Shown here piece by piece: positions 39,612 to 48,878 of a stretch of 64,000 bases of DNA. The first letter of the stretch is position 1, and each line of letters opens with the position of its first letter. The stretch lies in contig CAKOLG010000001.1 of NCBI GenBank assembly GCA_934096175.1, forward strand, positions 117,736-181,735. Direction: 5' to 3'. The notes under the pieces were generated by a model. That model was not told where the DNA came from. It did no database searches and saw only the letters and a list, made by a program, of their open reading frames with translations. The DNA comes from an uncultured Bacilli bacterium. GTDB taxonomy: Bacteria; Bacillota_I; Bacilli_A; RF39; UBA660. The position numbers were made by a program, and so were the translations under genes.

Positions 39612-40192
39612 AAAGAAATACTATCACTTTACAATTCACAATTAATGGAATATTAATACTAAATAATAAAAAATTAAATGAATATGACTTAAATGATTGT
39701 GTTGATAAATATAAAGTTATAAACAGTCAAATATTCATAAAAAAAATAAAAAATATCTTAGATGAATTAAAAATAAATCAACATTTATTAACTGACAATG
39801 TAGATATTATCATTGATAAAACATATAACCAAATAGATAAAGACATTTTAGAGAGAACTTTTAAAGATCTTTCTTTTAATAAAATAAAATTTCTTAATAT
39901 AACAGATAAACTATTAACATGTAATACAGATGCTATGGTATCTGTTCATCAAAAAGCTTTAAAAATATTTTATTTAAATGAAGTTATCTACATTGATATT
40001 TATTTTAATAAATATAAAGAAATAATAGAAATTTTATTAAAAGAATTAAATACTAAATATAACATTAAAACTATTAAATTGTATGGTGATAATAAAATTA
40101 TTGACGAAATACTTAAATTATATGAAAAAAATAAAAAAGTTCAATTATACAAATTTTCATATCCTAATCAGATTCCAATAAATTTATTATAA
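39608..40192 (+). CDS. hypothetical protein
   Basis: 194-aa Lys/Ile-rich ORF. Its start overlaps the spoIIID stop (ATGA). No recognisable motif. Confidence 0.4.
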   Translation: MKRNTITLQFTINGILILNNKKLNEYDLNDCVDKYKVINSQIFIKKIKNILDELKINQHLLTDNVDIIIDKTYNQIDKDILERTFKDLSFNKIKFLNITDKLLTCNTDAMVSVHQKALKIFYLNEVIYIDIYFNKYKEIIEILLKELNTKYNIKTIKLYGDNKIIDEILKLYEKNKKVQLYKFSYPNQIPINLL

Positions 40193-40247
40193 AATCTTGT
40201 TCATCAGCCTAATAAATGTTATAATCTTACTAGGAAGGATGATGAAT

Positions 40248-40784
40248 ATGAAATTAAATATTCGTGGCGAAAAAATAACAATTACTCAAGCAATGAAATC
40301 ATACATTACGGAAAAACTTACTAAAGTGGATAAGTATTTTGAAAATCCTGAAGAAATTAATGCGAATGTACTTGTAAGAGTAAAAGGATTAGAGCAAATC
40401 ATAGAAGTAACTGCCTTCACAAAAAAATTTACCCTAAGAGCAGAAGAATCAAACGAAGATTTTTATGCTGCAGTAGATCTAGTGGTTTCTAAACTAGAAA
40501 AACAAATTAGAAAAAATAAAGAAAAATTAAACAATAAATATAAAAATATAGAAAAATTGGAATTTAATTTTGACTATGAACTAGATGCTGAAGAAGCTGA
40601 AGAAGAAAAAACAATAGTAAAAAGAAAAAATATTTCAATGAAACCAATGGACGAAGAAGAAGCAACTCTTCAAATAGAATTATTAAATCATGACTTCTTT
40701 GTCTTTAAAAACATCGATGAAGAATGTGTCTCTGTATTATATAAAAGAAAAGATGGAAACTTTGGAATAATAAATATGAAATAA
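40248..40784 (+). CDS. hpf: ribosome hibernation promoting factor (long form)
   Basis: MKLNIRGEKITITQAMKSYITEKL is a RaiA/HPF N-domain. The C-terminal dimerisation extension is typical of Firmicutes long HPF. Confidence 0.85.
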   Translation: MKLNIRGEKITITQAMKSYITEKLTKVDKYFENPEEINANVLVRVKGLEQIIEVTAFTKKFTLRAEESNEDFYAAVDLVVSKLEKQIRKNKEKLNNKYKNIEKLEFNFDYELDAEEAEEEKTIVKRKNISMKPMDEEEATLQIELLNHDFFVFKNIDEECVSVLYKRKDGNFGIINMK

Positions 40785-40808
40785 GGAGGCTTGAACTCCT
40801 TTTTTTGT
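40785..40808 (+). terminator. rho-independent terminator after hpf
   Basis: AGGAGgcttgaaCTCCT stem followed by TTTTTTTG. Confidence 0.7.
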
Positions 40809-40888
40809 TGAAAAACAAGTAAAAAGCAAACTATTAAATTGATATTTAAAAAGTTATTTGCTAAAATATACACTGTGGAGGAATGGAT

Positions 40889-43387
40889 ATGGGATTTTTT
40901 AGAAAATTAATCGATTCAGAATATAAAGAATTAAAAAGGTTTGAAAAAATAGCAAATGAAATAGATGCGCTTAGCGAAGAAATGGCAGCATTAACTGATG
41001 AACAGTTAAAAAATAAAACAACTGAATTTAAAAAAGAATTAGAAAATGGTAAAACTTTAGAAGACTTAGTAGTACCAGCTTTTGCAGTTGTTAGAGAAGC
41101 TGCTTATCGTGTAATTGGAGAAAAGCCATATTTTGTTCAAATTTTAGGTGGACTAGCAATTCATTATGGAAATATTGCTGAAATGAAAACAGGAGAAGGT
41201 AAAACTTTAACAGAAACAATGCCAACATATTTAAATGCATTAACTGGAAAAGGTGTTCATATTATTACTGTTAATGAATTCTTAGCAAAACGTGACTCAG
41301 AGTGGATGGGTAACATTTTTAGATTTTTAGGATTATCAGTTGGTTTAAATATGCGTGAAATGTCTCCTGCCCAAAAAAGAGAAGCTTATAATTGCGATGT
41401 TTTATATTCTACAAACAATGAAATAGGATTCGATTACTTAAGAGACAACATGGTAGTAAGAGCAGTTGATAGAGTTCAACGTCCATTAAACTTTTGTATT
41501 GTCGATGAAGTCGATTCAATATTAATAGATGAAGCAAGAACACCATTAATTATATCAGGTGGAAAATTTGATTCAAAAGATTTATATACACAAGCAGACA
41601 AAGCAGTTAAACGATTATCTGAGGATGATTATACAATCGATGAAAAAACAAAAAGCGTTTCATTGAGCGAATCAGGAGTAGAAAAAATTGAAAAGATGTT
41701 CCATTTAAATAACTTGTATGATATGGAAAATGCAGTTCTAGTCCATCATTTAAATCAATCTTTAAAAGCAAATTATGGTTTTAAACTAGATGTTGATTAT
41801 GTTGTAGAAAATGGTGAAGTTATAATTGTTGACCAATTTACTGGCCGTTTAATGCACGGTCGTCAATTTAGTGATGGTCTTCATCAAGCTATTGAAGCCA
41901 AAGAAGGCGTAAAAATAAACGAAGAAACAAAAACTATGGCTACAATTACATTCCAAAACTTATTTAGAATGTATAATAAACTTTCTGGTATGACAGGAAC
42001 AGCTAAAACAGAAGAAGAAGAATTTAGAGATATTTATAACATGTACGTTATTCAAATCCCTACTAATAAACCAGTTATAAGAAAAGATTACCCAGATTTA
42101 GTTTATGCTACAGAAAAAGGAAAATTTGCAGCAATAGTTAAAAAGATCAAAGAAATTCATGAAACTGGTCAACCAATCTTAGTTGGTACAATTTCAGTTG
42201 AAAATAATGAGAAACTAAGTGCTCTACTAAAAAAAGAAGGATTAAAACACGAAGTTTTAAATGCTAAAAATCATGAAAGAGAAGCTGAAATAGTTGCCAA
42301 AGCTGGTGAAAAAGGTGCTATTACTATTGCTACAAATATGGCTGGTCGTGGAACCGATATAAAACTTGGCGAAGGCGTAAGAGAACTAGGTGGTCTTTGC
42401 GTAATTGGTACAGAAAGACATGAATCTCGTCGTATCGACAACCAATTAAGAGGTCGTTCTGGTCGTCAAGGAGACCCTGGTATGTCTCAATTCTTCGTTT
42501 CATTTGATGATGATTTAATGCGTCGTTTTGGTACAGAAAAAATTCAAGCAATGCTTATTAGTGTTGGCTTTAGTGATGATCAAGCTATAAGATCAAAAAC
42601 ATTTACAAAGAGTATTGAAACCGCTCAAAAAAAGGTTGAAGGAAATAACTATGATACTCGTAAATCTTTACTAGATTATGATAACGTAATGAACGAACAA
42701 AGAGAAATAATTTATGCTAGAAGAAATGAAATATTAGAACAAGAATCAATATCTGAAAGAATTCAAGCAACATTTGATAATAATATAGCTAATCTAGTAG
42801 ATGAACACATAGAACCAGAAGGTTACTTAACAGAATTTGATAAATCAGAAATAATAGAATATTTAAATACAAATTTAATTAAAACAGACAAATTAAAAGT
42901 AGACGAAATTCTTGATATGAAAGACGAACTTGAAATTAAAGAATATCTAACAGAAAAAGTAAGAAAAGATTATCAAGAAAAAACAAAGAGTATTCCAAAA
43001 GAAATAATTAATGAATTCGAAAAAGCAATATCATTAAGAGTAATAGATGAAGCTTGGGTAGATCATATTAGTAATATGGAACATTTAAGAGAAGGTATAG
43101 GTTTACGTGGTTATGGTCAAACAAATCCTTTACAAGCATATACCATGGAAGGCTATGAATTATTTGATAACTTAATGGCTAGTATTGAGTCAAAAATTTC
43201 AATATATTTATTAAAAGCTGAAGTAAGACAAAATACTGAAAGAAAAGAACAAAGATCAAATAAAATAGTACACGACACACACGTTAAAACCAAAGGAACT
43301 CCTATTAAATCAGATAAAAAAGTAGGACGTAATGAACTTTGTCCATGTGGCTCAGGCAAGAAGTATAAACAATGTTGTGGTAAATAA
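40889..43387 (+). CDS. secA: preprotein translocase ATPase SecA
   Basis: DEAD-like motor domains and a C-terminal zinc-binding tail CPCGSGKKYKQCCGK. ATG 40889 with GGAGGA RBS. Confidence 0.95.
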   Translation: MGFFRKLIDSEYKELKRFEKIANEIDALSEEMAALTDEQLKNKTTEFKKELENGKTLEDLVVPAFAVVREAAYRVIGEKPYFVQILGGLAIHYGNIAEMKTGEGKTLTETMPTYLNALTGKGVHIITVNEFLAKRDSEWMGNIFRFLGLSVGLNMREMSPAQKREAYNCDVLYSTNNEIGFDYLRDNMVVRAVDRVQRPLNFCIVDEVDSILIDEARTPLIISGGKFDSKDLYTQADKAVKRLSEDDYTIDEKTKSVSLSESGVEKIEKMFHLNNLYDMENAVLVHHLNQSLKANYGFKLDVDYVVENGEVIIVDQFTGRLMHGRQFSDGLHQAIEAKEGVKINEETKTMATITFQNLFRMYNKLSGMTGTAKTEEEEFRDIYNMYVIQIPTNKPVIRKDYPDLVYATEKGKFAAIVKKIKEIHETGQPILVGTISVENNEKLSALLKKEGLKHEVLNAKNHEREAEIVAKAGEKGAITIATNMAGRGTDIKLGEGVRELGGLCVIGTERHESRRIDNQLRGRSGRQGDPGMSQFFVSFDDDLMRRFGTEKIQAMLISVGFSDDQAIRSKTFTKSIETAQKKVEGNNYDTRKSLLDYDNVMNEQREIIYARRNEILEQESISERIQATFDNNIANLVDEHIEPEGYLTEFDKSEIIEYLNTNLIKTDKLKVDEILDMKDELEIKEYLTEKVRKDYQEKTKSIPKEIINEFEKAISLRVIDEAWVDHISNMEHLREGIGLRGYGQTNPLQAYTMEGYELFDNLMASIESKISIYLLKAEVRQNTERKEQRSNKIVHDTHVKTKGTPIKSDKKVGRNELCPCGSGKKYKQCCGK

Positions 43388-43566
43388 GTTGATTTATAAG
43401 GTGTTGTGCAGTAATGCAGCAGTAAAAAAAGTCAAAAAAATAGACAAAAAACAGCTCAAAACGCACACTTGTGTGCAATTTGTGTGCGTAAAACAAAAAA
43501 TTAATGCACACAATTGATTTAAGCCTTATAAAACAAGGGATTTTTCAATGAACACAAATTCACAAT

Positions 43567-43591
43567 AATCAGCATTCGTGCTGATTTTTTT
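43567..43591 (+). terminator. rho-independent terminator ~180 bp downstream of secA
   Basis: AATCAGCAttcgTGCTGATT stem followed by a T7 run. Confidence 0.6.
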
Positions 43592-43622
43592 CGTTCTCTA
43601 AAGAAATTTAGAGGAGGAAGTT

Positions 43623-44936
43623 ATGGGAAAAGTAAATGTAACAAAAAGAGGGAATCTATATCAATATAGATTTGAAATAGCTCCACAAGGGGGAGTTAGA
43701 AAATTTATTAACAAATCAGGTTTCAAGACAAAACAGGATGCTTATGTTGCTGGGATGAAAGCATTTAATGAATATATGAATACAGGTAAAAAATTTTCTC
43801 CTAATACATGTTCATATTCAGATTTTTTAGATTATTGGATGGCTAATTATTGTCAAATTAATCTAAGATATAATACGATAGAGGCATATAAAAGCATTAT
43901 TAAAAATCATGTTAAACCCAAATTAGGATTTTATAGGCTATCGCAAATAGATACAGCTACATTAAATGATTTTCTTACAGATGTGTTTTTGAATAAAGGA
44001 GTGTCAAAAAACTTTTTAAAAAGTATAATGAAAGTTTTAAAATCTTCATTTGCTTATGCTGAAGATGGTGTTGGATTCATTAAGCATAATCCAGCGTTGA
44101 AAATAAGATTACCAAGATATGATGGTCACGATGAAGATCCAGCTCATATTTTTACACCAGAAGAAATAGAAATGATTTTTAATAGATTTAAAAATAGTCA
44201 TTGTATATATTATGCTTTTTTAACAGCTTATTATACTGGACTGAGAGTTTCAGAAGTATTTGGACTGACATGGGAAGATATTGACTTGAAAAATAAGAAA
44301 TTAACTGTAAATAAAAATATTGTTGAAAAAAATCAAGTAGGTGGAACAAAGCACAGACTTATCAAAGGTCAAAGAACTACTGTTTGGTATTTTGGACCAT
44401 GTAAAACAAAAGCTAGCTATAGAACAATTGATATTGGAGATACATTAGTAGCAGCCTTAAAAGAATTTAAAGAAGAGCAAGAAATATATAAAGAACAATA
44501 TGGGGATTCATATATCAAACATTATGCAAAAGAAGTTTTAAATCAATATACAAATAAACCAGAAACTAAAATAGTTGATTGCAGTGCAGAAATTGATGTT
44601 GCTTTACCTGAAGTACATTTGGTATTTATAAAAAATAATGGGGCATTTGAAGGAAATAATACTTGCAAATATCCATTTAAAGTAATTCACTATGAGTTAG
44701 GAATACCTTGCAGATTTCACGATTTTAGAGATACACACGCAACAAGATTAATTGAAGCAGGAGCAGATATAAAAGCCGTTTCAAAAAGATTAGGACATAG
44801 TACAATTGAAACAACTTATAATATTTATGTAAGAGTTACAATTCAAATGGAAGAAGAAGTAGTTAGTAAATTTGAGGATTATGCAGACTCTTTAGAAATT
44901 ACTATTTCAAGAAAACCTACGGAATCAATTTCGTGA
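43623..44936 (+). CDS. int: tyrosine-type site-specific recombinase/integrase
   Basis: Catalytic domain with R...HDFRDTHATRLIEAGADIKAVSKRLGHSTIETTYNIYVRV (R-H-R-Y residues). N-terminal arm-binding-like domain. First gene of the accessory region. Confidence 0.85.
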   Translation: MGKVNVTKRGNLYQYRFEIAPQGGVRKFINKSGFKTKQDAYVAGMKAFNEYMNTGKKFSPNTCSYSDFLDYWMANYCQINLRYNTIEAYKSIIKNHVKPKLGFYRLSQIDTATLNDFLTDVFLNKGVSKNFLKSIMKVLKSSFAYAEDGVGFIKHNPALKIRLPRYDGHDEDPAHIFTPEEIEMIFNRFKNSHCIYYAFLTAYYTGLRVSEVFGLTWEDIDLKNKKLTVNKNIVEKNQVGGTKHRLIKGQRTTVWYFGPCKTKASYRTIDIGDTLVAALKEFKEEQEIYKEQYGDSYIKHYAKEVLNQYTNKPETKIVDCSAEIDVALPEVHLVFIKNNGAFEGNNTCKYPFKVIHYELGIPCRFHDFRDTHATRLIEAGADIKAVSKRLGHSTIETTYNIYVRVTIQMEEEVVSKFEDYADSLEITISRKPTESIS

Positions 44937-45021
44937 TAACAATAGTTATTATACGAATACGGAACTGAACAATAGTCAGTTCTTTTTTTAATGTTTAAAA
45001 ATAAAAGAAAGGGTGATTATA

Positions 45022-45816
45022 ATGGCAGTATTTAAAATAGAGAAACAAAAGAATTATACAGTTATGAGTAATTATCATTTGCAAGATAGAAATCTTTCTT
45101 ATAAAGCAAAAGGACTATTATCATTCATGTTAAGTTTGCCTGAAGATTGGGATTACTCTATGAAAGGATTAGTAGCAGTTAGTAAAGAAAATATTAAAGC
45201 TATAAGAACTATACTTAATGAACTTAAAGAACATGGCTATTTAGAAATACAACAATCAAGAGGAGATAAAGGATATTATAAGTATGAATATATTATTCGT
45301 GAAATTCCATTAGAGGTTGAAAAACAACATGATAATCCAGATACCCAAAAAGGGAATACCGTTGAAGGAGATGCCGAAAAGGATACCCAAATAAATACTA
45401 ATAAACAAAATACTAAAGAACAAATAGTTAAAAGAGTTAAAGAAAATTTACCATTTGTCGATTTAGATGAATTAAATCCTTTAACTCTTTATTTAATTGA
45501 AAAAAATTATATAGATGAGTATGATACTGATATATATAATTACGACAATCTTTTTGAGGATTTATTGCAACAAGGGCATTTATATAAAGATTTAGTTAAA
45601 ATGACACATTATATTGTACCAATAGTTGTTTCAAGACATTTTATTGATGAGAATGGTAATAAAGTAGAGAATAAGTTTGGGTTCTTTCAAGGAGCAATTA
45701 ATAATTGCATTGAAAGATTAAGAATAAATGATAAATTAGAAATAGATACAGAAACTGGTTGGTTTAAGTACCTTGAAATTGAAGAGGAAAACGACATTTA
45801 TGATAGAGATTATTAA
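45022..45816 (+). CDS. replication initiator-like protein (RepA_N/DnaD-like winged-helix N-terminus)
   Basis: LSYKAKGLLSFMLSLPEDWDYSMKGLVAVSKENIKAIRTILNELKEHGYLEI resembles the Firmicutes plasmid/ICE RepA_N motif. Confidence 0.5.
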   Translation: MAVFKIEKQKNYTVMSNYHLQDRNLSYKAKGLLSFMLSLPEDWDYSMKGLVAVSKENIKAIRTILNELKEHGYLEIQQSRGDKGYYKYEYIIREIPLEVEKQHDNPDTQKGNTVEGDAEKDTQINTNKQNTKEQIVKRVKENLPFVDLDELNPLTLYLIEKNYIDEYDTDIYNYDNLFEDLLQQGHLYKDLVKMTHYIVPIVVSRHFIDENGNKVENKFGFFQGAINNCIERLRINDKLEIDTETGWFKYLEIEEENDIYDRDY

Positions 45817-45832
45817 AAAATAAAAAAATATG

Positions 45833-46234
45833 TTATTTCATATTTTTCAAAACATTATGTAGAATATCTAATTTTTCAGAATCAGAATTCACTATAATAC
45901 TATGTATTACTTCTAAGTCTTCTTTTGATAGATTATATAGTTCATTATTAATTTGAGCTATAAGAATATCAGTATCGTGGTTATAATTGTTGCTATTATT
46001 TTTTTCTTTATACTGTTCAATTAATTTTTGAAAATCAATCATATTCATTTTCATTCCTTTAGCTATTAATTCAGTATAAGTCATGGAAATACCAACTTTG
46101 CCATACTTTTTTTTCATAATTTTACTCATATAGGCTTTACTAATTCCACTTTCTCTTGCAAACTGTGTAGGCGTAATTTTATGAATTTTGCAATAATCAG
46201 AAATTATAAACCTGATGGCTTCTTCTTTAGTCAT
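45833..46234 (-). CDS. XRE-family HTH transcriptional regulator (repressor-like)
   Basis: N-terminal HTH (ITPTQFARESGISKAYMSKI). It is divergent from the rightward island genes and has an operator-like inverted repeat in the shared intergenic region. Confidence 0.65.
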   Translation of the reverse strand: MTKEEAIRFIISDYCKIHKITPTQFARESGISKAYMSKIMKKKYGKVGISMTYTELIAKGMKMNMIDFQKLIEQYKEKNNSNNYNHDTDILIAQINNELYNLSKEDLEVIHSIIVNSDSEKLDILHNVLKNMK

Positions 46235-46292
46235 TTTTATCTCCTTTCGTTATAATCATATCATTAACATTGTACTATTTTTTTATAATATT

Positions 46293-46351
46293 GTCTACCA
46301 TTGTGAACTTAATTCATAAATAAAGCCTTAAAAAAGTTCACGACAGTAGAC
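46293..46351. promoter_or_regulatory. operator-like inverted repeat GTCTACCATTGTGAACTT / AAGTTCACGACAGTAGAC
   Basis: Near-perfect 18-bp arms (46293-46310 and 46334-46351) between the divergent XRE gene and the rightward operon. Confidence 0.55.
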
Positions 46352-46473
46352 ACAAAAAGAAAATAATGATAAAATATTTTATATAGTATTAAACTATATA
46401 TTTGAAGTGGAGGAGTAAAGTAATGAAAATAGTAAGATGGGTGATACTTTCATCCTGACTATTAGAAAGACAG

Positions 46474-46668
46474 GTGAAATTTTTGAATAAGGGGCAGTCT
46501 TCAAAACAGATGAGTTGTATCAAAATTTTAGTTGCAAATAAAAATATAGAATTAAGTACAACAAGCCAATTGGATGATGAATCTGTGATTCAGATCTTGG
46601 AAGTATGTCTAAAGCAGTTGAGGGAGAAGGCATCACAAGAAGCAGTACCAATTGGAAAGGAAAAATAA
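46474..46668 (+). CDS. hypothetical small protein
   Basis: ORF only. Start uncertain. Confidence 0.3.
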   Translation: MKFLNKGQSSKQMSCIKILVANKNIELSTTSQLDDESVIQILEVCLKQLREKASQEAVPIGKEK

Positions 46669-46669
46669 A

Positions 46670-46972
46670 ATGACTAAAGAAGAAAAAAATGCAGTAAAAG
46701 AAGTAGAAGTAGTTTTGGGAGTAAAAATTGGAAAGTATCTTGAAAAAAAGCAAGATATACCTTATGAAGTAATGGAAGAAGTTGTAAAAAAGATTTTGGA
46801 AATTGAAGCAGATTACAATAAAACGAAAAAAGAACTTTTATTTTGTAATTCTTCAGCAGTAAAATTAGAAAGACTATTAGAAATAATTGGTACTGTGAGT
46901 ACAATTTCAGTTGAAGATGAAGAATCCTTAGATAAAACTTTAGATGCTTTAGATAGAATATTAAATTCATAA
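46670..46972 (+). CDS. hypothetical protein (acidic, helical)
   Basis: ATG after RBS GGAAAGGAAAA. No motif recognised. Confidence 0.4.
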   Translation: MTKEEKNAVKEVEVVLGVKIGKYLEKKQDIPYEVMEEVVKKILEIEADYNKTKKELLFCNSSAVKLERLLEIIGTVSTISVEDEESLDKTLDALDRILNS

Positions 46973-47086
46973 AATACTGAAATGTGTACGAACTGTATAG
47001 ATATTCTATACAGTTTTGTTTATAAAAAAAAATAAAAATAAATTATTGACTTTTATTAAATAAAAGGTTATTATTTTAGTATAAAG

Positions 47087-47104
47087 AGTTTACTATCGTG
47101 AACT
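47087..47104 (+). repeat. AGTTTACTATCGTGAACT motif copy (operator half-site-like)
   Basis: Identical 18-mer repeated at 47206-47223. It is closely related to the arms of the 46293-46351 inverted repeat (ACTNTCGTGAACT core). Confidence 0.5.
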
Positions 47105-47205
47105 GCTTTAAATTTGTTGGAGGTGGTAGATGTTATTGTGTTTTGAAAAGTCATTATAAACTTTTCGCATTTAAATGTAGTAATATATTTTATTTTTAAT
47201 CAAAT

Positions 47206-47223
47206 AGTTTACTATCGTGAACT
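47206..47223 (+). repeat. AGTTTACTATCGTGAACT motif copy 2
   Basis: Exact direct repeat of 47087-47104, in a 470-bp ORF-free region. Confidence 0.5.
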
Positions 47224-47445
47224 AAAAGAGAGGTGATTAAATAAACTACAAAGAGAAGGAAAGGTATAAAATATATAATACCTTATCTGATAACCATGGA
47301 TATTTTCTAACTATCATTAAAGTAATAAATAACAAAGTTTATTATTTATTTGATGGGGATGATGAAATAAAATTCTTTGAAGTTGGTAGTCAATTTGAAT
47401 TCGATTTAATAAGGATAATTTAAAAGATTCGAGAGGGGAAACAAA

Positions 47446-47709
47446 ATGAAGTTTTCAAGTGAAAATAGTAAAATCCCTGATTGGATATTGCATCATTTAA
47501 GAAAATATGGCAATTGTTGTTGTGGCAGAGATATAGTCAAGAAAATCGGTAGAGAAAAAATTATAGAAGTTTTGAAACAAGAAGGGTATCCATGTATTCT
47601 TAAAATAATATATGAAAATAAATATAGATATAAGCGAAGAGTAAAATACCCATTAGATGCTTATTATATTTTGGAGATAGAATGTTTGGTAAAAAGTTAT
47701 TATATATGA
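47446..47709 (+). CDS. hypothetical small Cys-rich protein upstream of and overlapping mazF-like gene (possible non-canonical antitoxin)
   Basis: 87 aa. Its 3' end overlaps the toxin start by 4 nt. It contains CCCGRD and is neither a RHH nor an AbrB fold by eye. Confidence 0.35.
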   Translation: MKFSSENSKIPDWILHHLRKYGNCCCGRDIVKKIGREKIIEVLKQEGYPCILKIIYENKYRYKRRVKYPLDAYYILEIECLVKSYYI

Positions 47710-48029
47710 AAAACTTTAAAAAAGGAGATATATTTTTAGCTGAATTAAATGATTCCTACAATCATGTTCAAAACGGAATAAGACCTTGTTTAATTGTTCA
47801 AAACAATCAGGGTAATACTTTTTCGCCAACACTAATTGTTGTACCGTTAACAACAAAAATTAAAAAGACTAATATGCCTGTACATGTTGTGATAACTCCA
47901 TATCAAATGGTTTTGTGTGAATGTATTTTAACTATTTCAAAGAAGCAAATAATTTCTTACATTAAAACATTGGATGAAAAAACTATGAAAAAAGTAGATG
48001 AAGCTTTATCCGTATCATTAGAGATTTAA
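47706..48029 (+). CDS. mazF: MazF/PemK/EndoA-family endoribonuclease toxin
   Basis: KGDIFLAELNDS...GIRPCLIVQNNQGNTFSPTLIVVPLTT...MPVHVVI...MKKVDEALSVSLEI matches B. subtilis EndoA (RPVLVIQNDIGNRFSPTAIV...LPTHVEI...MDKVDEALQISLAL). Confidence 0.75.
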   Translation: MKNFKKGDIFLAELNDSYNHVQNGIRPCLIVQNNQGNTFSPTLIVVPLTTKIKKTNMPVHVVITPYQMVLCECILTISKKQIISYIKTLDEKTMKKVDEALSVSLEI

Positions 48030-48078
48030 AAAGGGAGGAAAAAACATTAAAACAAAGGTAAAGCAGTTTTATGAAGAC

Positions 48079-48636
48079 TTGTTTAGTAGTAGTTCAGGGA
48101 AGTATTGGTGTAATGAAGGTAATAATAAAAGAATGCGTAATTATCATAAGTTATCATTTATTTTAAAAGTAATAGAAAATGTTTTACTATTATCATTTAT
48201 TCTATATTGTTTATGTTTATCTACAAATACTATATTTTATCTATTTGATAGATTAAAGTATTGCAGCGAGGGAATAGCTTTGATGAACATAGATACTTTT
48301 AAAAAGTTTGTCTATGATACTTATATTATAACTTTTATTATGTCGTTGTTTGTAGTTCTATATGTTAGTAGAAAAAGGAAATACTCTTTAAAAAAGATTG
48401 TTTTAATAATGATTAAAGGATTATTATTTTTACCAATCAGCTCACTATTAACTTATAATTTTGTGATGTTAGGCAGTTTAATGAGAAGTTTCTATTTAGC
48501 AGTAATTATTGCAGTATTAGTATTTGCTATTGATTTTTTAATAAAAAGAATTGATAGTTTATATGATTTGGCAGTAGGTAGTACAGATGTTAATAAGAAT
48601 AGAAAAGGAGAAAGCAAAGTATGCAAGAAAAAGTAA
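48079..48636 (+). CDS. hypothetical multi-TM membrane protein
   Basis: Four hydrophobic segments. Start uncertain. Confidence 0.4.
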   Translation: MFSSSSGKYWCNEGNNKRMRNYHKLSFILKVIENVLLLSFILYCLCLSTNTIFYLFDRLKYCSEGIALMNIDTFKKFVYDTYIITFIMSLFVVLYVSRKRKYSLKKIVLIMIKGLLFLPISSLLTYNFVMLGSLMRSFYLAVIIAVLVFAIDFLIKRIDSLYDLAVGSTDVNKNRKGESKVCKKK

Positions 48637-48638
48637 AT

Positions 48639-48878
48639 ATGAAAGGTAATGTTAAGTGGTTTAGTAGTGAGAAAGGATATGGATTTCTCTCATGTAGTGA
48701 AATAGAAAATGATATATATGTACATTTTTCAGATATACAAATGAAAGGATTTAAAACTTTGGATGAGAATGATTCAGTAATTTTTGATTATGACGAAGAA
48801 AAGCAAAAAGCAGTAAATGTTCGCAAAATAACTGAAGAAGAATCCAATGCAGAAGAAGATAATACGGATTCTGAATAA
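48639..48878 (+). CDS. cold-shock domain protein with acidic C-terminal tail
   Basis: MKGNVKWFSSEKGYGFLS...VHFSDI has CSD RNP1/RNP2-like motifs. Confidence 0.7.
   Translation: MKGNVKWFSSEKGYGFLSCSEIENDIYVHFSDIQMKGFKTLDENDSVIFDYDEEKQKAVNVRKITEEESNAEEDNTDSE

Noticed and set aside
39442-39639. 65-aa minus-strand ORF over spoIIID
   Set aside because: Antisense to the strongly conserved spoIIID.
40688-40873. 61-aa minus-strand ORF over hpf end/terminator
   Set aside because: Antisense, spans the terminator hairpin.
42330-43517. ORFs 42330-42551(-), 43153-43359(-), 43305-43511(-), 43332-43517(+)
   Set aside because: Either antisense within secA or lying in the secA-int junction, which is full of inverted repeats. 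No RBS. The junction is better explained as att/arm-site DNA.
46520-46970. Minus-strand ORFs 46520-46753 and 46674-46970
   Set aside because: Antisense to the rightward island ORFs, with Leu/Phe-rich low-complexity translations.
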